From an uncultured Nitrososphaeraceae archaeon (GTDB taxonomy: Archaea; Thermoproteota; Nitrososphaeria; Nitrososphaerales; Nitrososphaeraceae), in assembly GCA_963825865.1 (NCBI GenBank), contig CAWGVG010000014.1:32001-96000 (forward strand): 64,000 bases of DNA, given 5' to 3'. The notes beneath the pieces were generated by a model. That model was not told where the DNA came from, did no database searches, and worked only from the letters and a program-made list of their open reading frames with translations. Below, piece after piece: positions 49,642-60,143 of the stretch. A program made the translations under genes and the position numbers. Position 1 is the stretch's first letter. Every line of letters starts with the position of its first letter.

Positions 49642-50631
49642 ATGAGAAAAGTTTCAAAGGCATTAGTTACTGGAGGCGCAGGTTTCATTGGAAGCCATAT
49701 AGTCGATGAATTACTCAAAAGAGGGATTGAAACTTACCTCATCGATGATTCAAGTACAGGTTCAATGAGGAACGTTGTTCAGCATGAAAATAACAAATTA
49801 TTGCACATCTGTATTGGAAATATAAAACAAGTGGATGAAATATTACATGGGATTGATATAGATATTGTTTTTCATGAAGCAGCTATTGTGAGTGTATCAC
49901 AATCGGTAAGTCATCCATTGTTAGTGCATGATACTAATGTAAAGGCAACTCTTGAGTTAATGAATTTTTGCATAAAGAACAATGTAAGGAGATTCGTTTT
50001 TGCTTCCTCTGCTGCAGTATATGGTTCGGTGCCGTACAAATATCTATCCGAAAGTCATTTATGTATGCCATCATCCCCTTACGGAGCATCAAAACTCTCG
50101 ATTGAAAACTATTTACGTGCTTATAGTGTAACATATGGTTTAGAAACAGTCGTACTAAGATACTTCAATGTTTTTGGTCCCAGACAAAAATATGACAGCA
50201 GCTATAGCGGAGTAATTACGGTATTTATAAACAATTTGCTAAATAGAGAAACTCCGATAATCTTTGGAGATGGGAATCAAGTACGCGATTTCGTCCATGT
50301 CAAAGATGTTGTACAAGCCAACATTCTAGCAATGGACTCTGAGCATGTTGCTGGAGAAATATTCAACATATCATCAGGATATGCTACTAGCATTCTTGAG
50401 TTACTTCAAATGCTGAAGGTATTGACAGGAGCGCAGAACGTTCAGCATCAGTTCACATCACAAAGGCCAGGCGACATTATGTCCAGTCTTGGTCTTAATG
50501 ACAAAGCTCGGGCTGACCTAAAATATAATCCTAGAATTTCTATCATGGAAGGATTAGCAGAAACTATAGAGTATGTTGGTAGGGAAAAGCAAAATATTGT
50601 TACTATAAATGATTTAAAAGTGAGAGTATAA
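49642..50631 (+). CDS. NAD-dependent nucleotide-sugar epimerase/dehydratase (GalE-like)
   Basis: TGGAGFIGSH, ASSAAVYG, PYGASK, LRYFNVFGPRQ and RDFVHV motifs. Confidence 0.95.
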   Translation: MRKVSKALVTGGAGFIGSHIVDELLKRGIETYLIDDSSTGSMRNVVQHENNKLLHICIGNIKQVDEILHGIDIDIVFHEAAIVSVSQSVSHPLLVHDTNVKATLELMNFCIKNNVRRFVFASSAAVYGSVPYKYLSESHLCMPSSPYGASKLSIENYLRAYSVTYGLETVVLRYFNVFGPRQKYDSSYSGVITVFINNLLNRETPIIFGDGNQVRDFVHVKDVVQANILAMDSEHVAGEIFNISSGYATSILELLQMLKVLTGAQNVQHQFTSQRPGDIMSSLGLNDKARADLKYNPRISIMEGLAETIEYVGREKQNIVTINDLKVRV

Positions 50632-50804
50632 CAGCAACCGCAGTAGCAGTTCTAATGAATGGAGGATTTCAATAATATCTAAAATATAGATTTTAAAGAC
50701 CCATATACATTCTAACTGAACTAACTGAATTGAGTGAACATTAATCAAACCAGCGTGGCAATAAAGAATCCTGACTATTCATTATCTCCACCCCATTCCT
50801 AAAC

Positions 50805-51146
50805 TGATTGTAGGACATTAATAGAAAAAGAAGGTCTATTTCTTCTAGACGATATCATGGCATTATATAGGGCTGACAAATTAGGAGTTGTAGACCTTTT
50901 AATCAAAGCATGATAAAGCAATCGTGCTGCAATAAGACTTATTTGTCCATTAGCTGCAGAAAATTCAGAAATTGTCAAAGAATATCCGAAAGCGCACCAA
51001 ATATACGAATTCTCGATGGTGGATGTTCTCACTCTGTATTATTGATAGTTGACAATAAAAAGTTTCTGAGATTTGAGCTCCAACATCCGAAGGCTGAAAA
51101 TTTTTCACAGGCAATTGGCTTTGTAGTATATTCGAATAATAACTAA
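50805..51146 (+). pseudogene. Remnant of the N-terminal sensory domain of a Nitrososphaera-type histidine kinase
   Basis: Interrupted translation EKEGLFLL..ALYRADKLGVVDLLIKA**...IRLICPLAAENSEIVKRISESAPNIRILDG..VLLIVDNKKFLRFEL..FSQAIGFVVYSN. Confidence 0.55.
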
Positions 51147-51259
51147 ACTTTGGCAAATTTAATTTTACCATTTTGTCGATGAGATGTTATTGTAACTGAT
51201 TTAGCTTTTGATCATATCTCGATAGCTCATGATACCGATAGTCGAGTATCCTTCAGTGG

Positions 51260-51710
51260 TAGGTTCTTCCCTACCAATATTTAGAACTGTTTTCAGCAAT
51301 CCGCGAATGAAGAACTTCCACATACATAACAGGACTCATGGTGTCGACAAACCACACCATATCATTTATGAATAATCTTTTCTATGCACATAATGATCAG
51401 AGTGCATTGAACCATTTCATCACAGACTCTAGATGGAGTGATGATGAACTGGACAAGAAAAGATACGAGCTCATAATAGATGGACTCAAAGATGCTGATG
51501 AAGGTGATGGTATTCTGGAGTTTGACGATACGTTAGCTCACAAGAGTGGAAAACACATGGAGTTTGTAGGCAAGTTCTTTGACCACACGGATGGTACATA
51601 CACGCTGGCTCATAACATAGTTTCAACACATATTGTAAAATGAAGACTTTCAATTCCATTAGATTTTGAAATATATCTGAAGGAAGGATACATACCAAAA
51701 GAGAAGTTCA
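51260..51710 (+). mobile_element. IS701-family transposase fragment
   Basis: QSALNHFITDSRWS and GILEFDDTLAHKSGKHMEFVG motifs; truncated. Confidence 0.85.
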
Positions 51711-51804
51711 GAGGGTTAATTCCTCTTGGAGATTCAGGTCTTCGCTTCAGTGATTTTGACATATTCGTACTAGAAGAAAGAAGATGGGAAAGAAAAAAGA
51801 GTTA

Positions 51805-52494
51805 TTATTTGATATTCTTTCCAAGTTCGCTTATGCTGGTATCATCCTTGAAACTGCCAGATCCAAGAGATTGGTCATTTGATCTATCTATTCCATGTTG
51901 GACCATAAAGTCAATATCGTGGCTATTGTGAGTAAGTATGACTTCACAATTATCTGCATGAGTATCTCCTTGTGTGGGGTTAAAGTCTATTACTGTATCT
52001 TGTCCATCTCCGCAATCAAAGAAATCAGCTCCTGGTCCTCCGATTAATACATCATCGCCTGCCCCCCCATACAATTCATCATTACCTGTTCCTCCTACCA
52101 AAAGATCGCCATCTTCTCCTCCTTGAAGTACATCATCTCCCGGTCCTCCATATAATGTATCGTCACCAGCCCCACCTGTAATAGCATCGGCTCCTTCATC
52201 ACCATAAAGATGATCCGGTGCATTTGAGCCTTGAAGTACATCATTTCCTTCTAGACCGCGTAAGGTATCGCCAAAACCGCAAACAGTGCCAGTAGTCCCT
52301 GGGGTTATGCTAGGACATGCTATAATAGTGTCGTCGTGGGAAGTACCTTTAGTATAGCTGCGAGTGCCAAAAATTACATTCATTCCATCTGCTTTTACAG
52401 TCTGATGTAATGGAACAGTAGCCATTACTAAAAGAACGAGAACTGCTATAGTTAACTTCGTAAATAAGCTATTGCTCCAGCCCGTATTCTGCAT
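51805..52494 (-). CDS. Secreted RTX-type (hemolysin-type) calcium-binding repeat protein
   Basis: Signal peptide ending VKA/DG; about 8 GGxGxDxLx nonapeptides; DFFDCGDGQDTVIDFN..GD...NCE tail. Confidence 0.9.
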   Translation of the reverse strand: MQNTGWSNSLFTKLTIAVLVLLVMATVPLHQTVKADGMNVIFGTRSYTKGTSHDDTIIACPSITPGTTGTVCGFGDTLRGLEGNDVLQGSNAPDHLYGDEGADAITGGAGDDTLYGGPGDDVLQGGEDGDLLVGGTGNDELYGGAGDDVLIGGPGADFFDCGDGQDTVIDFNPTQGDTHADNCEVILTHNSHDIDFMVQHGIDRSNDQSLGSGSFKDDTSISELGKNIK

Positions 52495-52750
52495 ATATAT
52501 TGTTCCTTATAGATACTAAAAAAGCTTTAATTATGCACTTAAGATAAAAACATCTAGATTAGTATTATATATTAAATTTATGTTTTCTCTTATTTTTGAT
52601 ATTACTCGAACATTATCTAAGGAATGTTATCTGCAAACTGCTTATATTTAATACTTCTCTTATATCATACGGCTCTGTTCACTTAACGATAAATGTATAG
52701 CTAAAGAAGTCGCTACTTCCTTTAATGGTTAGATTCAAAAGAAGCAGAAC

Positions 52751-53422
52751 GGCTCTGTAAAGTTAAGGAAAAAGCTATAGGTTTCTTTCTCGTTTTTTAT
52801 ATATGATATACCAAGTAAGAAAAAGAACCGAACCTGAAGACATAGTATATGCTTTGCATCTTTATTTTAATGGTCTTTCGTTAAGAAATACTTCTAAGGC
52901 CATATCCAAATTTGTTACAAGAAGCCATACTGCTATAAGAGATTGGATTCAAAAGTATAATCCTAAAAGATTGTTCTATAGGAAGACCAAGATATTCGAA
53001 TTCATACTCGACGAAACCCAAATCAAAGTTGGTTCTGAGTTAATTTGGCTTTGGGTTGCCATAGAGCCTGAAAGTAAAGAGGTTCTAAGATTGAATATAT
53101 CAAAAGAGAGAAATATGTTTGTGGCAGAGCGATTTCTATCGAGCGTTATAAAAGAATATATGGAGAACATCCGGTTTCTACCGATGGCGGTACCTGGTAT
53201 CCACAAGCCTGTCAATTCTTGAAACTAAATCATCACATCCATTCTTCATATGAGAAAAGTATCATAGAAAGGACGATACAGTACATAAAGGATAGAACTG
53301 AATGTTTTGACGATTATTTTCCATGTAGAAAGAAAAATTGCAAGGTGAAGCACGTACAAAAATGGTTAAATCTATTTGCATATTATTATAACAAGGAGAA
53401 AATATCTTAACTTTACAGAGCT
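52751..53422 (+). mobile_element. Inner IS6-family element
   Basis: TIRs GGCTCTGTAAAGTTAAG and rc AGCTCTGTAAAGTTAAG; 8-bp TSD AGCAGAAC at 52743-52750 and 53423-53430. Confidence 0.95.
52803..53410 (+). CDS. IS6-family transposase (frameshift near 53160)
   Basis: GLSLRNTS, ILDETQIKV, WLWVAIEP, STDGGTWYP and IIERTIQYIKDRTE motifs. Confidence 0.92.
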
Positions 53423-53430
53423 AGCAGAAC

Positions 53431-54032
53431 GTCTTCAAAGTATATTTACTATGCATTACAATTATACTTTTCAGGCTTATCACTTAGAAAAACATCAGAA
53501 AGACTGTACTACGTTCATCAGAAGAAACCATGTTTCTATTTGGAACTGGATTCAACGATATAAACCAAAGAGGATATTTCAAAAGAAATCCAAAGTATCC
53601 GAATTCATCATTGATGAAACACTGATTAAAGCTGGTAATGAATACGTATGGTTATGGATTGCTGTTGAGCCAACAGATAAGATAATTCTTGGTATTCGTA
53701 TTTCTATAGAAAGAACCATACTAGTAGCAGAACAATTTATACAATCATTGGTTAGAAGATATGGCAAACAGAAGATATCTACAGATGGTGGTGGTACTTG
53801 GTATCCTCAAGCATGTAAATTCTTGAAGATAGAACATCATTTACATTCGTCTTATGGGAAAAGCATCATTGAGCGCACAATCCAGTACGTTAAAGATAGA
53901 ACTGAATGTTTTGATGACTATTTTCCTTGCAGAAAAGAGAGATGCAAACTAAAACATGTAATGAAGTGGTTGCTTCTATTCGTACATATGTACAATAAAG
54001 AAGTTATCGAAAAAGTGAAGACTGGTAAATGA
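53431..54032 (+). pseudogene. IS6-family transposase of the outer element, split by the inner insertion
   Basis: IIDETLIK, WLWIAVEP, STDGGGTWYP and IIERTIQYVKDRTE motifs. Confidence 0.9.
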
Positions 54033-54125
54033 ACAGAGCCTATCATACATAAAAAGATTATAGTGCAGTAAGGATAGAATAACATATTAATTAGTATTTG
54101 CTGATTCTGAGTATATAGATAGATA

Positions 54126-54701
54126 ATGTTGAGCCAAAAAGTGAGATTGTATTACATGTTTTTTGTTCTTGCTATAATGTTGTTGTCTATAGTCGTATAC
54201 TCAAATTGTTTTCTAGGAAGGGAAGCATTGGCACAAGCTGACGATTTTTTAACATATGAAAATCCAGCTTTTGGAATAAAAATGCTATATCCTCATGACT
54301 GGCACAGAGCTGACTTTGCAACCACGCCCGGTGGCAATGGCACAATAGCTGAATTTCTTGGACTGGAGCCCCCCGCGCCTTATGTAAACATATTTGTTTA
54401 TCATTCTTCAGGTAGCTTCCCGTTGTCAGCTTTAATTAATGACACATTAAGCCAATTAGAAGCTGTTCATAGGGATCCGACAACTACCCTGAAGTTACAG
54501 AATGGCACTACAGCATACCAAACCGGTTATCAGATCTCAACAATACATAATACATTTGAAAAGATGCAGACTTTTATAATGAAAAATGGGCTGATTTATG
54601 TAATCACATTTACTGCTACACCAGATAAATATTCGTTGAATTTACCTACTGTAAAGCGCATGATTGATTCAATAACAATATCTAATCCAATAAGCAGATA
54701 G
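54126..54701 (+). CDS. Secreted PsbP-like (Mog1/PsbP fold) protein
   Basis: Signal peptide; FLTYENPAFGIKMLYPHDW...YVITFTATPDKY..NLPTVKRMIDS. Confidence 0.8.
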   Translation: MLSQKVRLYYMFFVLAIMLLSIVVYSNCFLGREALAQADDFLTYENPAFGIKMLYPHDWHRADFATTPGGNGTIAEFLGLEPPAPYVNIFVYHSSGSFPLSALINDTLSQLEAVHRDPTTTLKLQNGTTAYQTGYQISTIHNTFEKMQTFIMKNGLIYVITFTATPDKYSLNLPTVKRMIDSITISNPISR

Positions 54702-55189
54702 CATTTTAGCAGTCGATATTTAATTTGTTGCGAAGATTGGAATAAAGTGATTACGGTCAAAAAATTTGCATTCCTGACGTATTGTTTTCCTCCTGACAGC
54801 GTAAGAACTCAGAGCAAAACTATATAGATCTATTATAGTGGCTTCACTCGGCTAGCATAGTTGTATTAGGATATATACACTGATACCAAGGTATTTTAAT
54901 TTAATTTCGAAATAGAGCAGTAAGATGGGCTTGGAAGATATGATCATGCTTCTGACATTGTTTCAGGACTGGTAAATTTCAGAATAATGATGCGAACTAA
55001 TGGTGTTATGTTACTCTAAAAAAAGAGCAAGACTAACCATCGTAAAGAGATTTTCTTTCGTAATTACGCAATAGATCTACTGACCAAGGCCGATTGGAAT
55101 CTGAAGCATCTGGTTGTTACCGGACGAGGCAGTTTAAGCACCAATTCTACTTCAAATAATCCAATGGGTTTCAATTCCGTAATGGTTTT

Positions 55190-55475
55190 CATCTCTTGAC
55201 ATTTCAAACGAGTCAATCGCCTTGAGTTTCCAGTAGTTGTTAACCGCATGTTGAAGCGATATAGAAAAATTATAGGTGACTTTTCCAAGACAATATTAGA
55301 TAATATTTACCACTTTGGCTTTTTATCAAACCAGCCTTCATTAATACAGATATCCGTGAATAGTATTGTTTGGGGCTCAGTTTTAGTTTTGATATTAGCT
55401 CTTCACTACCATTTTTTTGCATAGCAATACTATTAAAAAGTTCTAACGATTTATCTTCAGAAATTGAATTTAACT
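55190..55475 (-). pseudogene. Decayed copy of the winged-helix regulator (paralogue of 59309-59707)
   Basis: NSISEDKSLELFNSIAMQK...LSPKQYYSRISVLMKAGLIK...AVNNYWKLKAIDSFEMS, with a stop and frameshifts. DNA visibly similar to 59400-59690. Confidence 0.85.
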
Positions 55476-55579
55476 GACTGTTTGCGTTTTTCCGAATAAA
55501 CCGTGTCTATCTCTTTTTACATACTGGTTCAATTCTTATGATAATATCAACTGTAAGAAAGTGATGTTTTTTACTACGT

Positions 55580-55807
55580 ATGGCTCTGGTCGTACCCCTT
55601 CCTGAACGTTTTGGTCATATTCTGGGTAAGTTCAAAGATGTTTTATCAAAGTCTCAATTTAAGAATTTTCAGAGCGTGATGTTTGGGTTGATTGTATCCC
55701 ATTGTAAAGAACACGATGTGAAGAGTATAAGGGATGCTATATCTGAGACGAAGTGTCAGAGCAGCATTAATAGATTTTTTACTTCTCCATCTTGGAGCCA
55801 AGCCTAG
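55580..55807 (+). mobile_element. IS701-like transposase N-terminal fragment
   Basis: FKDVLSKSQFKNF...GLIV...QSSINRFFTSPSWS, then abrupt end. Confidence 0.7.
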
Positions 55808-56019
55808 AACACGAGGATTTTACCTTCAGCACCCCATCCACGTTTACTATTATTAGTAAATATACTAGATAATCATATCGTGCCTGGTAGCATTCAACTT
55901 TCCATATAATTTCTATTGCACGATTTATACCTCACATTAATAGAAAGACAGTTCTTTTACTGTCGTCTGAACGTGTTAATCAGACTCTTTAATAAAAATA
56001 ATCGGATCATTTTTCTGGG

Positions 56020-56940
56020 ATGAGTTTAAGAGCAATACTACTGTTAACAATATTTTACATAATTACAATAATAAGTTATATCATTATTTTAGATAGCCGT
56101 CGGTGCTCCTACCGCAGCTGCAGCAAAGTCTGTATCATCAAAAAATTTAGACATGGCTACATATTCATATGATGAAATCCACGATGAGGCGATCTCTCGA
56201 GGAGCGCACTTAGGAGAAAGAAAACACCAAGACTTAGGCATTGATACCGAAAGTGGTGGTATAGTTACACAATCATCTGAAAATGCAGTTAGTCAGTCAG
56301 GTAACGATTCACACATCTCGCAAAGGGTTTTCAATACGCTACCTTTGCCATCAGGAGTAACAGGAGGAAGAGGAGCAGATACCTGGAATTAAAGATACAA
56401 CACTACTGATTACACTTCTAAGCGATGTTAATTCTGCTGCTGGATCATCACCCAGGAAACACAAAGTGTATAATTAGTGTTCTAAACATAACAATAAAAG
56501 GTAATCTTATAATTGGAACTGACTGCGATGATATAATTCCTGGAAATGATACGAATGACATTATATTTACCCTCGCAGGAAACAACGAAGCATACGGTGG
56601 TAGTGGTAATGATATAATTTATGCAGGCTCAGGTGAAGATAGATTGTATGGTGATAAGGGAAATGATATATTGGACGGTGGGCCTGGAACTGATTTACTT
56701 GATGGCGGCCTGGAGATGATATAATTGTAGGAGCACTCGATAACGATTTCTTGGTAGGAGGAACAGGTAATGATGTAGCTGTATGGAGGTCCAGGTGATG
56801 ATGTATTAATTGGAGGATCGGGATCTGATTACTTTGATTGTGGAGACGGATCAGACGTAGTAGTAGACTTTAATCCTAAACAAGGAGATACTTATGCAAA
56901 TAATTGTGAAATTATACTTACTCAAAATACTCTATTATGA
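56020..56940 (+). CDS. Second secreted RTX-type calcium-binding repeat protein (multiple frameshifts; may be a pseudogene)
   Basis: Signal-like MSLRAILLLTIFYIITII at 56020, then ORFs 56153-56392 and 56425-56724, GGxGxD repeats, and the tail DYFDCGDGSDVVVDFNPKQGDTYANNCEII. Confidence 0.7.
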
Positions 56941-57034
56941 TAAAATTTTAATGTATATCCAATTTTGGCGAATCTCAATGATTTTTGGAAAAGAATTTTA
57001 TGATACATTTTAATCTTGGATATCAACTACAAGA

Positions 57035-57195
57035 CTTCCCTATATTCAGCAGTTTCCTTCTAATGGCTGTTGGATTATTTTGGCATAACAGGTTTTTATT
57101 TTCGATGAAAAAAAGAGCAAAATAGATAATCGGTAGATTGTTTTGCAGAGCAGTGGAAATTTAAGATACCAATTGCTACTGGGATATAGATAGAT
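57035..57195 (+). pseudogene. Orphan 3' end plus downstream flank of the multi-TM sensor gene (copy of about 63780-63950)
   Basis: ATGGCTGTTGGATTATTTTGGCATAA...AATCGGTAGATTGTT...TAAGATACC...GATATAGAT is shared with the end of 63054-63896. Confidence 0.85.
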
Positions 57196-57440
57196 CTAAT
57201 GGTTCAATGAAAAGAAATATTATGTAAAGCATTTTATATTATTTTTGCTCCTAATTTTTATCTACTGGTCTCAATGTGATTCCTTTTCGATCCTTTGGCT
57301 ATAAATAGAAACAGATGGTAAAAATTCCTCGCATATATCTATTGGACTAATAGTATATACCGACCCGGGCCTTCTTTGCTAGTTCTTGTGCTACAAAATG
57401 AACCGTATCGGACTATTATAATATTATTTATTAATGAACA

Positions 57441-58048
57441 ATGATGGAAAGACAAGAAAAGATGACAACAATAACGAATACAACAACACTGTCAAATCCA
57501 ATACTATATGTTCCAAAAATAATGTTTTTGACTAAAGGCAAAGGCTTACATAAAGACTATCTTACAAGCTTCGAATTGGCCTTACGTGACGCAGAAATAG
57601 CTGATCTTAATTTAGTTTCTGTCTCCAGCATAAAACCACCCCACTGTAAGATAATTTCTCTACAAGAAGGCAGAAAGCATCTAATGTCAGGACAAATTGT
57701 TTTTACTGTTTTAGCTCGTTCCTCTACTAACGAACCAAATAGACTGATTGCTGCATCTGTAGGTCTTGCTAGACCTGCAGACAATACACAGTATGGGTAT
57801 CTATCTGAGCACCATTCAACTGGAGAAACAGCACAAAAGCTGGAGATTATGCCGAGGATATGGCTATGGAAATGCTTGCTATAACATTAGGCTTATCAAA
57901 CGATCCGAGACTTAATTGGGATCAAAGAGCAGAACAATGGAAAGTTTCAGGAAAGATTTACAAAACTCAAAATATTACTCAGTCTGCAGAAGGAAACAAG
58001 GATGGCTTGTGGACAACTGTGGTAGGTTCAACTATTCTGATATTATAG
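57441..58048 (+). CDS. pdaD: Pyruvoyl-dependent arginine decarboxylase (frameshift near 57840)
   Basis: [22 protein letters not shown] self-cleavage motif, YGYLSEHH and GLWTTVV. Confidence 0.92.
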
Positions 58049-58419
58049 GCTATATATGTCGAGCCTAAAAATGGATGTATAATCCATATTTGCCTACATT
58101 CTGTATTTGTTAGCATTCTATTAATTCTCTTTTTGATTACAGTGGTAGCAGGACAATTCTGCTAAATTCGTTTAAATTATATTGATTTGACTTGCCAAGG
58201 CACATTAAGTAAATCAAAATACAAATGCAAAACGCCAAACTAACAGTAGTGAATAACGCTTATAATCTGAATGAGTACATTTGCGTCTTAGCCTTCACCT
58301 TTATTACCACTAGCATCAATACGTACGATTATTATCCTCAGAATATACTTTAGATCTTCCAATAGCTCTCTCTACAGTTAGTATTTCCGATTCTTGTCTT
58401 CTGATTCAGGTATCTAATA

Positions 58420-58890
58420 TCATATCCCTGGTGCTCCATACACTATGAAAGGTTCTTCAAGAATAACATAGCCATGGGTAGCAATCATTGCGTCGATTGT
58501 TCCATCATTATTATCAATCTTTTTGTTATTGTCCTCTGAAATATCATATCCGCAAAGAACAGATAAATTATCTTGTAGACATTTGTCTATTGTTTTTCAA
58601 AGCCCATATAATGACGAGCAAAACCATTTCTCACCCACCATGTTATATCATTGCTTGCAATTCTGGTTTCATTGTTATTGGTATCAATTAGTCGTAACTT
58701 ATTTAATGAAAGCAATTTGGCTACCCAATTGGATAACTTCTCTGCTACTACTACTTCGTCCTCTTGAGATTCCTGTAAAAGCTCTTCATATAATATACTA
58801 TCGTCAACATATCTAAGAATGTAACTACGATCAACACTTGGTTTTTTAGATAATAAAAGACCCTTTTTACCCTTTGTACCAAAGAATGCA
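58420..58890 (-). pseudogene. Truncated, frameshifted paralogue of the MEDS-domain gene 62095-63057
   Basis: Manual translation: KGLLLSK/PSVDRSYILRYVDDSILYEELL..EKLSNWVAKLLSLNK..ETRIASNDITWWVRNG..MGFEK/..DNLSVLCGYDIS..AMIATHGYVILEEPFIVY. Confidence 0.8.
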
Positions 58891-59308
58891 GTTAAACTGA
58901 AGATTGTCGAATTTCTGACACAAAACCTAATGCAATATAAACTTACCTATGAGTTGCTTGGTAATATGCCCCATAATCAATAAAAAATAAAATTTTATCT
59001 TGAATACACTAATTTGTTGATGCAATACCCAATTTCTGAAATTTGATTTGCAACTGAAACCTGCATACCAGTAGCCTGCCATCTAGCTTGCAGGTAGATT
59101 GTCATGTTAGTTAGAGGAAATAAAGAATCAATAGAGTAAATAAATAAATGTCGAACTGGTAAAAAAATTTGATCTTTATGGATCATTGGATGCTATAGAT
59201 TGTTGTAAAAAGAATATACAGAAGTGAACCATCGCGGAAATGATTTATTACCATAGGTAGTGACATCTTGCAGGGATGGATAATCCACATACAAAAGCAA
59301 AAAGCTGG

Positions 59309-59707
59309 TCAGGAAATATCAAAAAGAATTGTTTTAATTTTATCGTCATTACCTATTAGAGCATTTATCAAGTCGACACGTTCGTCTTTTGAAATATTGT
59401 CACTCGACATTTCAAACGAATCAATTGCCGCGAGTTTCCAGTAGTTGTCAACGGCGTGTTGAATCGATGTATAAGAATTATAGGTTATTTTTCCAAGGCA
59501 AGTTAGGTAATATTTACTCCTTTGTCTTTTTATCAGGCCGGCCTTCATTAATGCATATATTCTTGAATAGTATTGTTTGGGGCTCAGTTGTAGTTCTGTT
59601 ATGAGATCTTCACTATCTTTTTTTTGCATGGCAATACTACTAAAAAGTGCTAACGATTTTTCTTCAGAAATTGCATTTATAATATCTGTAGCAGAAGTTT
59701 TGGACAT
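59309..59707 (-). CDS. Winged-helix (ArsR-like) DNA-binding protein
   Basis: LQLSPKQYYSRIYALMKAGLIKRQRSKYYLTCLGK...YWKLAAIDS. Confidence 0.85.
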   Translation of the reverse strand: MSKTSATDIINAISEEKSLALFSSIAMQKKDSEDLITELQLSPKQYYSRIYALMKAGLIKRQRSKYYLTCLGKITYNSYTSIQHAVDNYWKLAAIDSFEMSSDNISKDERVDLINALIGNDDKIKTILFDIS

Positions 59708-60143
59708 AGTTTACCTAAAGAGAAAATTCATAAAAATATTAGAGGACATTCCGCTATTAAGTTTCCAATTAAAGTAACAGCAACACTACTTTAACATATT
59801 AACTGATTTACTTACTAGATAGCAAACCGAAGAAAAAATATGGATTGCTAACCTTAAGATGCGTCTTTTCATCATCCATAACGATATTCCTACTGTAACC
59901 TAGTCTCGGCGTGCTATCCTCCGAAGATTGCAACCCCTTAGTACTAAATGATGTCATGTGAAAAAATCATTATTGTCGGAAAATTATAACTAAGAGCAAG
60001 CCTATCACAATACTGCATTGAGGATATAATTTTGTTTTATATCCATTTTATGGTATAATGGGAAAGAAATTTGTAGTATATTTTTCTTATAGATTATTCT
60101 ATAAGATCTCAGACAATACTAATTTAGGGCCTTCTATAATAGT

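Larger units (their letters stand above)
52671..54040 (+). mobile_element. Outer IS6-family element (interrupted by a second IS6)
   Basis: TIRs GGCTCTGTTCAC/TTTA; 8-bp TSD TATCATAC at 52663-52670 and 54041-54048. The transposase starts MVRFKRSR at 52725 and resumes at 53431. Confidence 0.95.
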
